A program made the translations under genes and the position numbers. A stretch of DNA of 64,000 bases from an uncultured Chlamydiae bacterium. GTDB taxonomy: Bacteria; Chlamydiota; Chlamydiia; Chlamydiales; JAJFMA01. How positions within the stretch are numbered: the stretch's first letter is position 1; every line of letters starts with the position of its first letter. Of this stretch, positions 20,203 through 33,796 are shown piece by piece. The stretch lies in contig CAVQMM010000001.1 in assembly GCA_963713615.1 (NCBI GenBank), positions 1,024,001-1,088,000 of the forward strand, written 5' to 3'. The notes below the pieces were generated by a model, which searched no databases, was not told the DNA's origin, and saw nothing but the letters and a program-made list of their open reading frames with translations.

Positions 20203-21696
20203 GGGTGCAATCCAAACTTGTACGCAGAGCAATTCTTGTGTAAGATTGTTTACACAATGTTGCGGCTGACCCAGCATGAAACCCTATCCAAATCAATAAT
20301 ATGCGAATTTAGATGAAGACTATTCCACCATCACACGACCTTTCTGAGGATGAACGTTATATTTTACATGTGCTTAGAGAAAATCCAAGTCTGTTACAGC
20401 CGCTCCTGGAGATGGTTGATGTCGTTGGTAAGAATTTTGAAGAGCTTAAGACGGGCGATGAAGCAGAAGAAGCTACCATAGCTGCTATTCGTAAGTCTGG
20501 GCAGGCCATTCTTCAAAATTAGGCGGATCATCGTGTTAAGCAGGTAGAATCTCAATACGAGCCTGAGAAGGGCATCCGTCCCCACGGAAAAAAAAAGTCG
20601 AATGGCGGACAACACTAGGACGCATCACTGTTGTTCAAAGGTGTTTTCTGCAAAAGAAGCATCGTGGTCGACCTTCACATCGTTTAAGGCCTTTTGAGGA
20701 CTTTTCAGGGATAAAACACCAAGATTGGTCAAAGCGGTGTCAACGCTTGATAACTGATCTAGGATCCGAGGAATCTTTTTCAAGGGCCGCGAAACAGATG
20801 AAGGAGCACCATGGATTGGAAATCAGTCCCACTACGATATCAAATATCACGCTTAAACATGCCAAGAGGGCGCAGCTGATGATGAAAAAGCCTCCTATCG
20901 GGAAAAAGGCAGACAATCCAACAACCCCACTTGTGGTTGAAATGGATGGTGGAATGGTGCCCCTAGTTGAAACAGCTGGTTCTGGAGATAGACGGAAAAA
21001 CAGAAGAGTATCCTGGGCAGAGCTTAGAGTGGGGGTTATTCAGCGCTTAGGGGAAGCAGACTGGAAATACACGTGTTCCTTTAATAGCCCTGATGATTTG
21101 GGAAATAGAATGCTAACATTATTAGAACGGCAATTTGGGTGGGAAGGACAGAGCCAATTACATGGTATAGGGGATGGAGCAAAATGGATAACTGAACAGA
21201 TGGAAAGGGTAGCAGGAAGCCGAGGGAACTACCTAATTGATCTGTATCATTTAAGTGAGTATCTAGCGGGAGCAGCAACGGCCTGGACTGAGGATATTAA
21301 AAAGGAGACTCGAGCGCTAAAGACCCGCTTAAAAAAAGGACAGATAGTGAATGTGAAGCGAAAGCTTCGAAAGTACTCCAAAGTTCACCCTGAGCATGAG
21401 GGCCTGCAAAAGTGTATACAATACATAACTAATAGACCTGGGCAGTTTAAGTATGATGAAGCGATTAGAAAAGGTTTGCCAATAGGTTCGGGGAAAATAG
21501 AAAGCACGCATCGCCATGTGATTCAGAAGCGGTTGAAAAAGCCCGGAGCATGGTGGAGACGGGATCATGCGGATCAAATGGCAAACCTTAGAACTCTTCG
21601 AGCTAACGATGAATGGGAAAGGCTTTGGCAAGATGAGGCAGTCTGTGAGCTCGATTGCCTAGCCGCCTAAGGTGAGTACAAATTTGAATTACACCC
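20203..21696 (+). mobile_element. ISKra4/ISLre2-like element; orfA 20313 (TGG>TAG at 20520), orfB to 21670
   Basis: IRs gggtgcaatccaaacttgtac / gtacaaatttgaattacaccc; GDGAKWI, DLYHL, PIGSGKIES motifs. Confidence 0.85.
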
Positions 21697-22373
21697 TCAG
21701 CTGCGCCCTCTTGGCATGTTTAAGCGTGATATTTGATATCGTAGTGGGACTGATTTCCAATCCATGGTGCTCCTTCATCTGTTTCGCGGCCCTCGAAAAA
21801 GATTCCTCGGATCCTAGATCAGTTATCAAGCGTTGACACCGCTTTGACCAATCTTGGTGTTTTATCCCTGAAAAGTCCTCAAAAGGCCTTAAACGATGTG
21901 AAGGTCGACCACGATGCTTCTTTTGCAGAAAATACCTTTGAACAACAGTGATGCGTCCTAGTGTTGTCTGCCATTCGACTTTTTTTTTCCGTGGGGACGG
22001 ATGCCCTTCTCAGGCTCGTATTGAGATTCTACCTGCTTAACACGATGATCCGCCCAATTTTGAAGAATGGCCTGCCCAGACTTACGAATAGCAGCTATGG
22101 TAGCTTCTTCTGCTTCATCGCCCGTCTTAAGCTCTTCAAAATTCTTACCAACGACATCAACCATCTCCAGGAGCGGCTGTAACAGACTTGGATTTTCTCT
22201 AAGCACATGTAAAATATAACGTTCATCCTCAGAAAGGTCGTGTGATGGTGGAATAGTCTTCATCTAAATTCGCATATTATTGATTTGGATAGGGTTTCAT
22301 GCTGGGTCAGCCGCAACATTGTGTAAACAATCTTACACAAGAATTGCTCTGCGTACAAGTTTGGATTGCACCC
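21697..22373 (-). mobile_element. Inverted partial copy (first 677 bp) of the ISKra4-like element
   Basis: Reverse complement of 20203-20879; orfA intact (TGG). Confidence 0.9.
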
Positions 22374-22463
22374 CGAGTCCGCCCTATTCTGGACAAAAAA
22401 ACACTTACCATTGACAATGGTTCCATTAATTTAACATTGGGATTCACTCAGGGAGGAAATACA

Positions 22464-23351
22464 ATGATCAGAGCATATCAAGTAGTGATTTGCTTGCTAT
22501 TATGCAGTTCATGCTACGCCAGAGAGCTTGAAAATATTCAAGGTGCTGATGAGAATTATTGCCTTGAAACACCCGAAATAGGGTGTGAAAAAAATATCGA
22601 ATTAAACTGGCAGTCACCAGGTTCATACCAACTACCAAACTCGCGTTCTACTATATCAGTGCCAGATGGCCATCTTATTGTTGTTGGGGAAGATGCCCGG
22701 AAGTATCAAGTTCTTTCAGGAAACACCTATGATAAAAGCCTTGAAGCAGTGGTACTATCTGTTGACTCATTCGATACCATTTACTTTAAAAATAATAACG
22801 AAGGATATGTTTCCATAGAGGACTGGAAAGATGTGGACCCAATAGCGCTTCTTGCCAGTATTTCTGACGCTACCGAAGAAGCAAACAAGCAGCGTCGGAT
22901 GGAAGGAATTCCTGAAATTCATGTTGTTGGTTGGTTACAGGAACCTACGCTAGACCGTCAAACCAATACCGTATTCTGGGCGATTGAAGCTGAGGATGAA
23001 AGAGAGGCGGATGGATTGGTCAATTCTATTGCTATTAGATTAGGTAGGAATGGGTTTGAACGATTGGTTTGGGTCACGAACAAGTCTACATATGTCCATA
23101 TTGGAGGAGAGCTTGATGTGATGCTTCAAGCTCATAGTTTTGACCCAGGGTATCGTTATACAGACTTTACCAAAGGGGACAATGTTGCAGCGTATGGTAT
23201 CGCAGGACTTGTGGCAGCAACAACGGGTGCAAAATTCGGGAAGGCGGCCATAATTGGTGGTGCCGCAATTTTAAAGAAGTTCGGAGGTGTGATTCTAGCC
23301 GGTATATTGGCCGCTTTTTATAAGCTCAAGGGTTTCTTTCGACGCAGTTAA
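22464..23351 (+). CDS. DUF2167-family membrane-anchored protein
   Basis: Signal peptide; GYVSIEDW, VVGWLQEP, LGRNG, GYRYTDF..GD.VAAYGIAGLV; C-terminal TM; SD ggagg. Confidence 0.85.
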   Translation: MIRAYQVVICLLLCSSCYARELENIQGADENYCLETPEIGCEKNIELNWQSPGSYQLPNSRSTISVPDGHLIVVGEDARKYQVLSGNTYDKSLEAVVLSVDSFDTIYFKNNNEGYVSIEDWKDVDPIALLASISDATEEANKQRRMEGIPEIHVVGWLQEPTLDRQTNTVFWAIEAEDEREADGLVNSIAIRLGRNGFERLVWVTNKSTYVHIGGELDVMLQAHSFDPGYRYTDFTKGDNVAAYGIAGLVAATTGAKFGKAAIIGGAAILKKFGGVILAGILAAFYKLKGFFRRS

Positions 23352-23485
23352 TGGGGAACCCAAGCATCAAACCCATCAAGGTCCACAGCGTCAAGAGAAG
23401 CATTTAAAGGAATAAGGCATCCTCCTGTATTGGCTTCAGCATTTTGAAGACCAAGACTGAGGAAAAACGGACTCATGCACTATTC

Positions 23486-23713
23486 CTAACCTACCTCGAT
23501 CAATCTACTCCTTGCTTTTTCTAATGCTTGAATTGCTAAATCTACTGGAAATTCCCAAAATTCACTTTGCGGATGAGGATAAAATTGAATGAGTAGTTCA
23601 TTATTTTTTCGATAAATCTGAACCCATTGAAAACCTTCGTAAAAAATTTCAGAAACGAGATCTTCGCACATGGGAAGGCTTACTATTTCTATTTTGAATT
23701 TACCTAAAATCAT
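23486..23713 (-). CDS. Putative immunity protein
   Basis: Follows the toxin-like C-terminus GARFTINGEFIGFLQP* (25212-25141 + 23748-23723), reconstituted across ISL3. Confidence 0.55.
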   Translation of the reverse strand: MILGKFKIEIVSLPMCEDLVSEIFYEGFQWVQIYRKNNELLIQFYPHPQSEFWEFPVDLAIQALEKARSRLIEVG

Positions 23714-23748
23714 TTTTGAACCTTATGGTTGTAAAAATCCTATAAATT

Positions 23749-25132
23749 GGTTCTTGGGAAGAATTGGGGGCGCAGAGCGCAAAGATCAGCTAATACATTA
23801 ATTTTTTAGGCAAAAAAAGAGAGGACATAGAAAATCCTATGTTTCGACACAATAGGAGGTTCTCTATGTCCATCTCAAAGGTCTTTTATGCCTTGATCGA
23901 AGATAAAAGTGTAGTTTTTCAAAGCGCAGAATTTCAGTCGGACTATACCATCTTTCACGGTCATCTGCGGCAAAGTGGCAAAAAATGCCCATGTTGTAAG
24001 GCTTCCAACGTGCGAATCAAGGAGACAAAGGAAAGAACTTTTCGAATGCTCAACCTTGGCCAAAAACGGACCTACCTTAAAATGGATTCCCACAAGATCT
24101 GGTGCCAGCAATGTAACGCGATTGCCTGGCTTCAACACCCTTTTACCTCTGGAAAGCTACCGATGACCAAGTCTTTCATCAATTACATCCTTCAGTTAAC
24201 TGCAATGACAACCCTTCTTTGCGTAGCACTATTCCTAGGACTGCAATGGAAGACCGTAAAGAACCTAGACAAAGCCAATCTTAGAAAACGTGCAAAGCAA
24301 TTTTCATTCCGAAAGCTTCGTTACATTAGCATCGACGAGATAGCAATAAGGAAGGGTCATAAATACATGACAATTTTCACAGACATCGCGACAGGCCAAA
24401 TTATCCATGCTGTCGCAGGGAGGGACGAAGAATCACTTAGACCTTTTCTAAAGCTTCTTTCAAAGAAGGCCAAGCGACTTAGGGGCATTGGTATCGACAT
24501 GAGTGCAGCCTATTCGAGTTCGATTCAAAAACACCTTCCTCTGGTGCCGATCATTTATGATCGCTTTCATGTTACCAAACTTCTCAATGATACGATCGAC
24601 AAAATCAGGCGCGCTGAGTACGCCAAGCACATGAACACGGGTGTAGCGGTAATGAAAGGTCAGCGGTTTCTACTTCTGCGAAATTTTGTGGATCTTGATG
24701 ATGGACAGAAAAGTAGCCTTGAAAGACTCCTAGAAGTTAATCACTCATTAGCAGTAGCTCACAGTATGAAAGAACAATTCAGGTTATTTTGGGAGCTTGA
24801 ATCAAGACAGGAAGGAGCTAAATTTCTTGGATGGTGGATCATTCAGGCAATTGAGTCTGGGATTGAGCAGTTAGCGAGAACTGCTCGTACACTACTCCAT
24901 CATTACATGGGGCTCTTAAGCTACTTCGAACACCGGATAGACAATGGAAAGGCGGAAGGAATCAATAACAAGATAAAGGTTTTGAAGAGACAGGCATATG
25001 GCTTTCGAGACCAAGAATACTTTAAGCTAAGGCTATACAACCTCCACAGGAAGGACTATGAATTGGTTGGTTAGACTGGAAGATACTGGGAAAGTGTCTC
25101 TGGAGGGCCGCCCCCAATTCTTCCCAAGAACC
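23749..25132 (+). mobile_element. ISL3-family element
   Basis: 24-bp IRs ggttcttgggaagaattgggggcg; 8-bp TSD tataaatt. Confidence 0.95.
23839..25074 (+). CDS. ISL3 transposase
   Basis: CPCC zinc finger, IDEIAIRKGHKY, DMSAAY, DRFHV, EGINNKIK. Confidence 0.95.
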   Translation: MFRHNRRFSMSISKVFYALIEDKSVVFQSAEFQSDYTIFHGHLRQSGKKCPCCKASNVRIKETKERTFRMLNLGQKRTYLKMDSHKIWCQQCNAIAWLQHPFTSGKLPMTKSFINYILQLTAMTTLLCVALFLGLQWKTVKNLDKANLRKRAKQFSFRKLRYISIDEIAIRKGHKYMTIFTDIATGQIIHAVAGRDEESLRPFLKLLSKKAKRLRGIGIDMSAAYSSSIQKHLPLVPIIYDRFHVTKLLNDTIDKIRRAEYAKHMNTGVAVMKGQRFLLLRNFVDLDDGQKSSLERLLEVNHSLAVAHSMKEQFRLFWELESRQEGAKFLGWWIIQAIESGIEQLARTARTLLHHYMGLLSYFEHRIDNGKAEGINNKIKVLKRQAYGFRDQEYFKLRLYNLHRKDYELVG

Positions 25133-25212
25133 TATAAATTCACCATTTATTGTAAATCTAGCACCTCCTATTTCTGGTACGCTGCATCTCACTCACCGGG
25201 CCAGTCCTTACC

Positions 25213-25372
25213 GGCCTTGTTCACCTTTACGGTCAGAATTTCGGTCGGACGAAAAAGGTCGGATGTCGTGGTTTGTGACGAGGGCATAGCGCCAGCTATG
25301 TCCGAGGAGCAAAACGCGACAGACGATCCTTTTGCAGTCGACCGAAAACTGACCGCAAAGGTGAATAAGGCC
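25213..25372. mobile_element. 160-bp GGCCTT MITE copy 2 (no TSD)
   Basis: Matches 13935-14094; flanks tccttacc / gacaggag differ. Confidence 0.92.
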
Positions 25373-25659
25373 GACAGGAGCTATATGAACAGCACAGGGG
25401 CCAGTTTTACATTAAAGAATTGCCAAAAGGAAGCTCTGTCCATCTTTCATCAAACCAGAAAGATACCATTGATCATGTCCTAGGTGCATACGGTGATAGA
25501 ACGGCTCAGTGGTTGAGCGATCTAACGCACCTTGAAGCCCCTTGGATCAATGCTAGAAAGGATTTAAAACCTGGTGAAAGAGGTAATGCAGAGGTTGCTC
25601 TCTCCAGTATGTATGAGTACTACAGCAGCATAGATTCCGACCATTCACTAGTCAAATAG
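25373..25659 (+). pseudogene. Panacea (DUF4065/SocA-like) antitoxin, 5'-truncated
   Basis: ELYEQHRG...YGDRTAQWLSDLTHLEAPW...MYEYY. Confidence 0.8.
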
Positions 25660-25676
25660 AGACCCCATTCTGGACC

Positions 25677-25994
25677 ATGCCTAGGAACCGCAACCATCAT
25701 GAAGAAGGCAAGTGCGATATAAGGGAAAAGCGGCCTAGGGCTGAGATAACTCCAAAAGAGAACAAGGTTCCTCGTGCGGAAGACAACGGTTCTCACCTGG
25801 TCGATGTCGACAATCTTGCTTCGGATGCAAAGAAGAGACTTCGAGAGATCGGCCAAGATGATTTGGATCAACTATACTCCTTACGTATCTCAGGTAAAAA
25901 GCGCATCTGGGGCATAAGAGAAGGCTATCTTCTTTGGTTTCTCTGGTGGGATCCCTTCCATTCTGTATGTCCGTCTACAAAAAAGCATACTTAA
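25677..25994 (+). CDS. Putative toxin partner of the Panacea antitoxin (possibly internally deleted)
   Basis: LYSLRISGKKRIWGIRE...LWWDPFHSVCPS RelE-like tail. Confidence 0.55.
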   Translation: MPRNRNHHEEGKCDIREKRPRAEITPKENKVPRAEDNGSHLVDVDNLASDAKKRLREIGQDDLDQLYSLRISGKKRIWGIREGYLLWFLWWDPFHSVCPSTKKHT

Positions 25995-26081
25995 CCACTT
26001 TATCTGTTTGCGATGCACTGCAGTGCAATTTGTACCAGCACAAACCACGAGCCTAAACCTGCCGCCTTAACGGCTACTTAT

Positions 26082-30337
<4,256 letters not shown>

Positions 30338-30384
30338 GCTTTACCGTAGCTGTTGCGAATTTGATAGATGAGCTCATCTTAGAG

Positions 30385-31383
30385 CTACCTTCGAAAATTA
30401 TCAAAGAAATAATCCCGTCCTGCCAGCAGCTCTAGTGGTGTTCCGCAAGGGATAATGCGGCCACGGTCCCTATTGCCGTAGCGGACCCGAAATTGGCGTA
30501 TATCGCTAAGCACATTAAATTGCCATGAAGCCGTCTCTTTGCAGCGAAAAATGACTCGGCGAATTGTCTTCTTGCTCCACTCCATGTCAAGGAACGAGTG
30601 ACCACATGCCACATTCAGCATCCGGCCACAATGTAGCTCAGCAGGAAGCAAGGGAAGCAAATGCACCTGATGCGCATGAGACTGAATAAAAATTTCACGG
30701 ATGAGTTTAGCCCCGTCCGATAATAAAGCCATCACCGACTCAGCCGCATGAGGAGCTGGTAAGGCCAATCCCTGATGTTCACCATCACAGAGTCTTGGTG
30801 CAAGCACACCCTCGAAGCCAGCCCGAAATAATGTTCTAAAGGCCGCCGGCAGTTTGAGAGTTTCGCGAAACTCCATCACTTTTTTGCAATCGAATAGCAG
30901 CTTGGTCGTCCCCGTTCCCCGTGCCGTGGGTTGCTCTGGAAGTAGCCTTCCCATGCGAAACCAAAAAGGAAAGATCTCTCCAAGTGCCAAGCGTTCCGAC
31001 ACCCGAGCCCAATCTTGTGCTTTGTGACATCCCAAGCTGAGACGCTCAGTATCCGCAGGAGCGTTAGGAATAGGAACTGGGTTATCATGCGTTAATGGCC
31101 CTTTTTCCCATATCAACGTGACACCGCCCTCGGATTTGGCATATAACCGATAGCGAAAATAGCCGTTCACAGCATGACCCCAAACCTTTAAATAGCCATG
31201 CTCGAGATCTAACTCAGCGGTAAAGTTCTCAACAGGACCGATAATGTCAAGGGGCATTTCAGAGTCGTCAAAACGTAACAAGGCTGGGAAGACATCCACC
31301 ATGGTGGACGAGCCTGGCAACACAAAACGTGTGCCCGGTCGGTGTGAATAAGGCTTAAGTCTCTCTGCAATACTAATCAACAT
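30385..31383 (-). CDS. Conserved chlamydial hypothetical protein (CT865-like)
   Basis: Position between mtaB and glgB as in Chlamydia; LSLGCHKAQDW and EWSKKTIRR motifs. Confidence 0.7.
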   Translation of the reverse strand: MLISIAERLKPYSHRPGTRFVLPGSSTMVDVFPALLRFDDSEMPLDIIGPVENFTAELDLEHGYLKVWGHAVNGYFRYRLYAKSEGGVTLIWEKGPLTHDNPVPIPNAPADTERLSLGCHKAQDWARVSERLALGEIFPFWFRMGRLLPEQPTARGTGTTKLLFDCKKVMEFRETLKLPAAFRTLFRAGFEGVLAPRLCDGEHQGLALPAPHAAESVMALLSDGAKLIREIFIQSHAHQVHLLPLLPAELHCGRMLNVACGHSFLDMEWSKKTIRRVIFRCKETASWQFNVLSDIRQFRVRYGNRDRGRIIPCGTPLELLAGRDYFFDNFRR

Positions 31384-31391
31384 GAGGTGTG

Positions 31392-32696
31392 CTATCCGGT
31401 GCCATAGGCTTGTTGGCCAACGATGCGACCGATGAGCCCTTCAGGGGTGTTTGCGGTGAGTTCCACCGAAATAAGTTCATTTTTAGGAATCGCCTGCCCA
31501 GGGACAAGAACCATCAGAAAATTCTCTGTATGCCCACAGCTATGGCCCGTTCCACTACTGCCTCCTTCCTCTGTGAGAATCGTCATTGTACGTCCAATAA
31601 ACTGTTCTCGAAGATGATAGGCTTCGGCTTCAGCGACTCGCACAAGTTCTTGTTTGCGCAGTCTGATTACTTCACTAGCGACTTGATTTGGCATGGTAGC
31701 GGCACGCGTGCGCGGACGAGGGCTAAAAGGAAACATATGCACCTTAGCAAAACGCACCTCACGCATCACTTCCAGGGTATCCTGAAAGTCGGCATCTGTC
31801 TCACCAGGAAAACCAACGATGACATCGGTAGTCATTGTAAAATCTGGGCTTGCCTTGCGCAGGCGGTCCACACAGTCGAGAAACATCTGACGCGTGTACT
31901 TGCGGTTCATGCGCTTTAGGATAATGTTAGAGCCCGACTGCAAAACGATGTGCATGGAGGGACAGGTAGCTTTGCCATTGAGAATGGCGTCGATAAGATC
32001 TTCATCAACTTCATCTGGGTCAATGGAGGACACCCGAAGCCTTTCAAGGCCTGACACAGCATCGACGGCACGTACAAGGTCTGCTAAGCGATCTGGCGTT
32101 TCCTCTTTTTCCTTAGCGCCATCGAAGTCACCGATATTAATGCCTGTGAGCACAATTTCCTTATAACCATTAGATACTAAGGTTTTAGCTTCTTCGATAA
32201 CGTCTTGCATCGACCGAGAACGGGAGCGTCCTCGGACATAAGGAATCACGCAATAGGTGCAAAAGGAGTTGCAGCCATCCTGAACTTTAAGAAATGCCCT
32301 TGTATGGCTTTCGAAGTGCTTGATGGAAAATTCGGGTAGATCTTCGGTCTCGGGAAAAACAAGTTCCAAGAGTCGCTCTTTGTCCTTATTGAGAATGACA
32401 TCCGTCACTCCTTCAATAGATTGAATGGCCTCTTTCTGACTCTCGGCCGAACAGCCTGTGACAACTAACCGCGTGAGCGGATTAGCCCTTGCCAATTTGC
32501 GAATTTCGTGACGGCTATCGCGGTCGGCTCCAGATGTTACAGTGCAAGTGTTTACGATGCAAAGATCCGCCACGTCCCCATCTTCCGCCACTGCATAGCC
32601 AATCGCTTCAAGCTGATCGCGATAGGCCTGCGCTTCGTACTGGTTTGTACGGCATCCTAATGAGACAATACGAAATTTTTTGGTGGCTTGGTTCAT
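31392..32696 (-). CDS. mtaB: tRNA t6A methylthiotransferase MtaB
   Basis: LGCRTNQYE, NTCTVT, LKVQDGCNSFCTYC. Confidence 0.9.
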   Translation of the reverse strand: MNQATKKFRIVSLGCRTNQYEAQAYRDQLEAIGYAVAEDGDVADLCIVNTCTVTSGADRDSRHEIRKLARANPLTRLVVTGCSAESQKEAIQSIEGVTDVILNKDKERLLELVFPETEDLPEFSIKHFESHTRAFLKVQDGCNSFCTYCVIPYVRGRSRSRSMQDVIEEAKTLVSNGYKEIVLTGINIGDFDGAKEKEETPDRLADLVRAVDAVSGLERLRVSSIDPDEVDEDLIDAILNGKATCPSMHIVLQSGSNIILKRMNRKYTRQMFLDCVDRLRKASPDFTMTTDVIVGFPGETDADFQDTLEVMREVRFAKVHMFPFSPRPRTRAATMPNQVASEVIRLRKQELVRVAEAEAYHLREQFIGRTMTILTEEGGSSGTGHSCGHTENFLMVLVPGQAIPKNELISVELTANTPEGLIGRIVGQQAYGTG

Positions 32697-32874
32697 GTAG
32701 TCCGTGAGTAAAATTCATTCTAAAAGATTGCCATTGATACCCTTAGAAGTCAAGGGGACACAGCATAGCATTTAAGGCGTATGGACGAATTACGCACAGA
32801 CCAATATAAAAAGAACCGAAATTCCCATTGTTCATGGGAATTCTGGTTCCAAATTAAAATTAGGGGCAATAACG

Positions 32875-32931
32875 GGCCTTGTTCACCTTTTTCGTCCGAC
32901 CGAAATTCAGACCGAAAACGTGAACAAGGCC
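32875..32931. mobile_element. 57-bp GGCCTT-family mini-MITE
   Basis: ggccttgttcac...gtgaacaaggcc with 8-bp TSD caataacg. Confidence 0.9.
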
Positions 32932-33175
32932 CAATAACGGATCCCATCCTGCTTCGGAGTCGCCATCACAAAGAGGGTTCCCGTTGCTATCTTTAGTATC
33001 CATCATATCCTCCCTTAGCCGAAGACATTCATTTGCGGCATGATAAACATTGGAGCTCCGGAAAGTCAATAAGTCCCATAGCCGAGGACCAAAACTGTGC
33101 AAGAGGGTTGGCAGCAGCTGCCAAAAATCTATATATTTCTTGACAACTCTATGCAAATTGCATAGATTTTAGCGC

Positions 33176-33796
33176 ATGAAGGTGAGTATCAAGAAAGCAG
33201 CTCAGGAACTTGGCGTACACGAGGCTACACTCCGTCGTTGGGAGGCTGCTGGCAAAATCCAGGTTGAGCGTACACCCAAGGGACACCGACGTTATCTATT
33301 GTCTAGCCTAAAAGGATTTAGTCCTAAAGCCACCTCCTCTAAGGTTTCTAACGGTTTGACGCTCTGTTACGCGCGGGTTTCGAGTCATGATCAAAAAAAA
33401 GACCTCGTTTGTCAAAAAGCGGTGTTAGAGTCTTTTTGTGCAGCTCATGGATGGACCCATGAAGTCATTGAGGATCTCGGCTCGGGATTGAATTATCAAA
33501 AGAAGGGTTTAAAAAAGCTCATTAAAGCGATATGCTCTGGCATCGTTGGCCGTTTAGTGATCACACACAAAGATCGCCTGATGCGGTTTGGGGCCGAACT
33601 GATCTTTTCTCTTTGTGAGAGCTTTGGTACGGAGATTGTAATCATCAATGCTAAAGAAGACACGACTTTCGAGGATGATCTCGTCCAGGACGTGCTAGAA
33701 ATCATCACCCTGTTTTCGGCAAGACTTTACGGCGCAAGAAGCCGTAAAAATCAGAAGCTGCTTAAGGCACTTAGTAAGGCTGCTAATGCCGTCTAA
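33176..33796 (+). CDS. tnpA: IS607 serine-recombinase transposase
   Basis: Identical protein to 564-1184. Confidence 0.95.
   Translation: MKVSIKKAAQELGVHEATLRRWEAAGKIQVERTPKGHRRYLLSSLKGFSPKATSSKVSNGLTLCYARVSSHDQKKDLVCQKAVLESFCAAHGWTHEVIEDLGSGLNYQKKGLKKLIKAICSGIVGRLVITHKDRLMRFGAELIFSLCESFGTEIVIINAKEDTTFEDDLVQDVLEIITLFSARLYGARSRKNQKLLKALSKAANAV

Noticed and set aside
22299..22463. Longer start for the DUF2167 gene
   Set aside because: Begins inside the IS; SD and signal peptide support 22464
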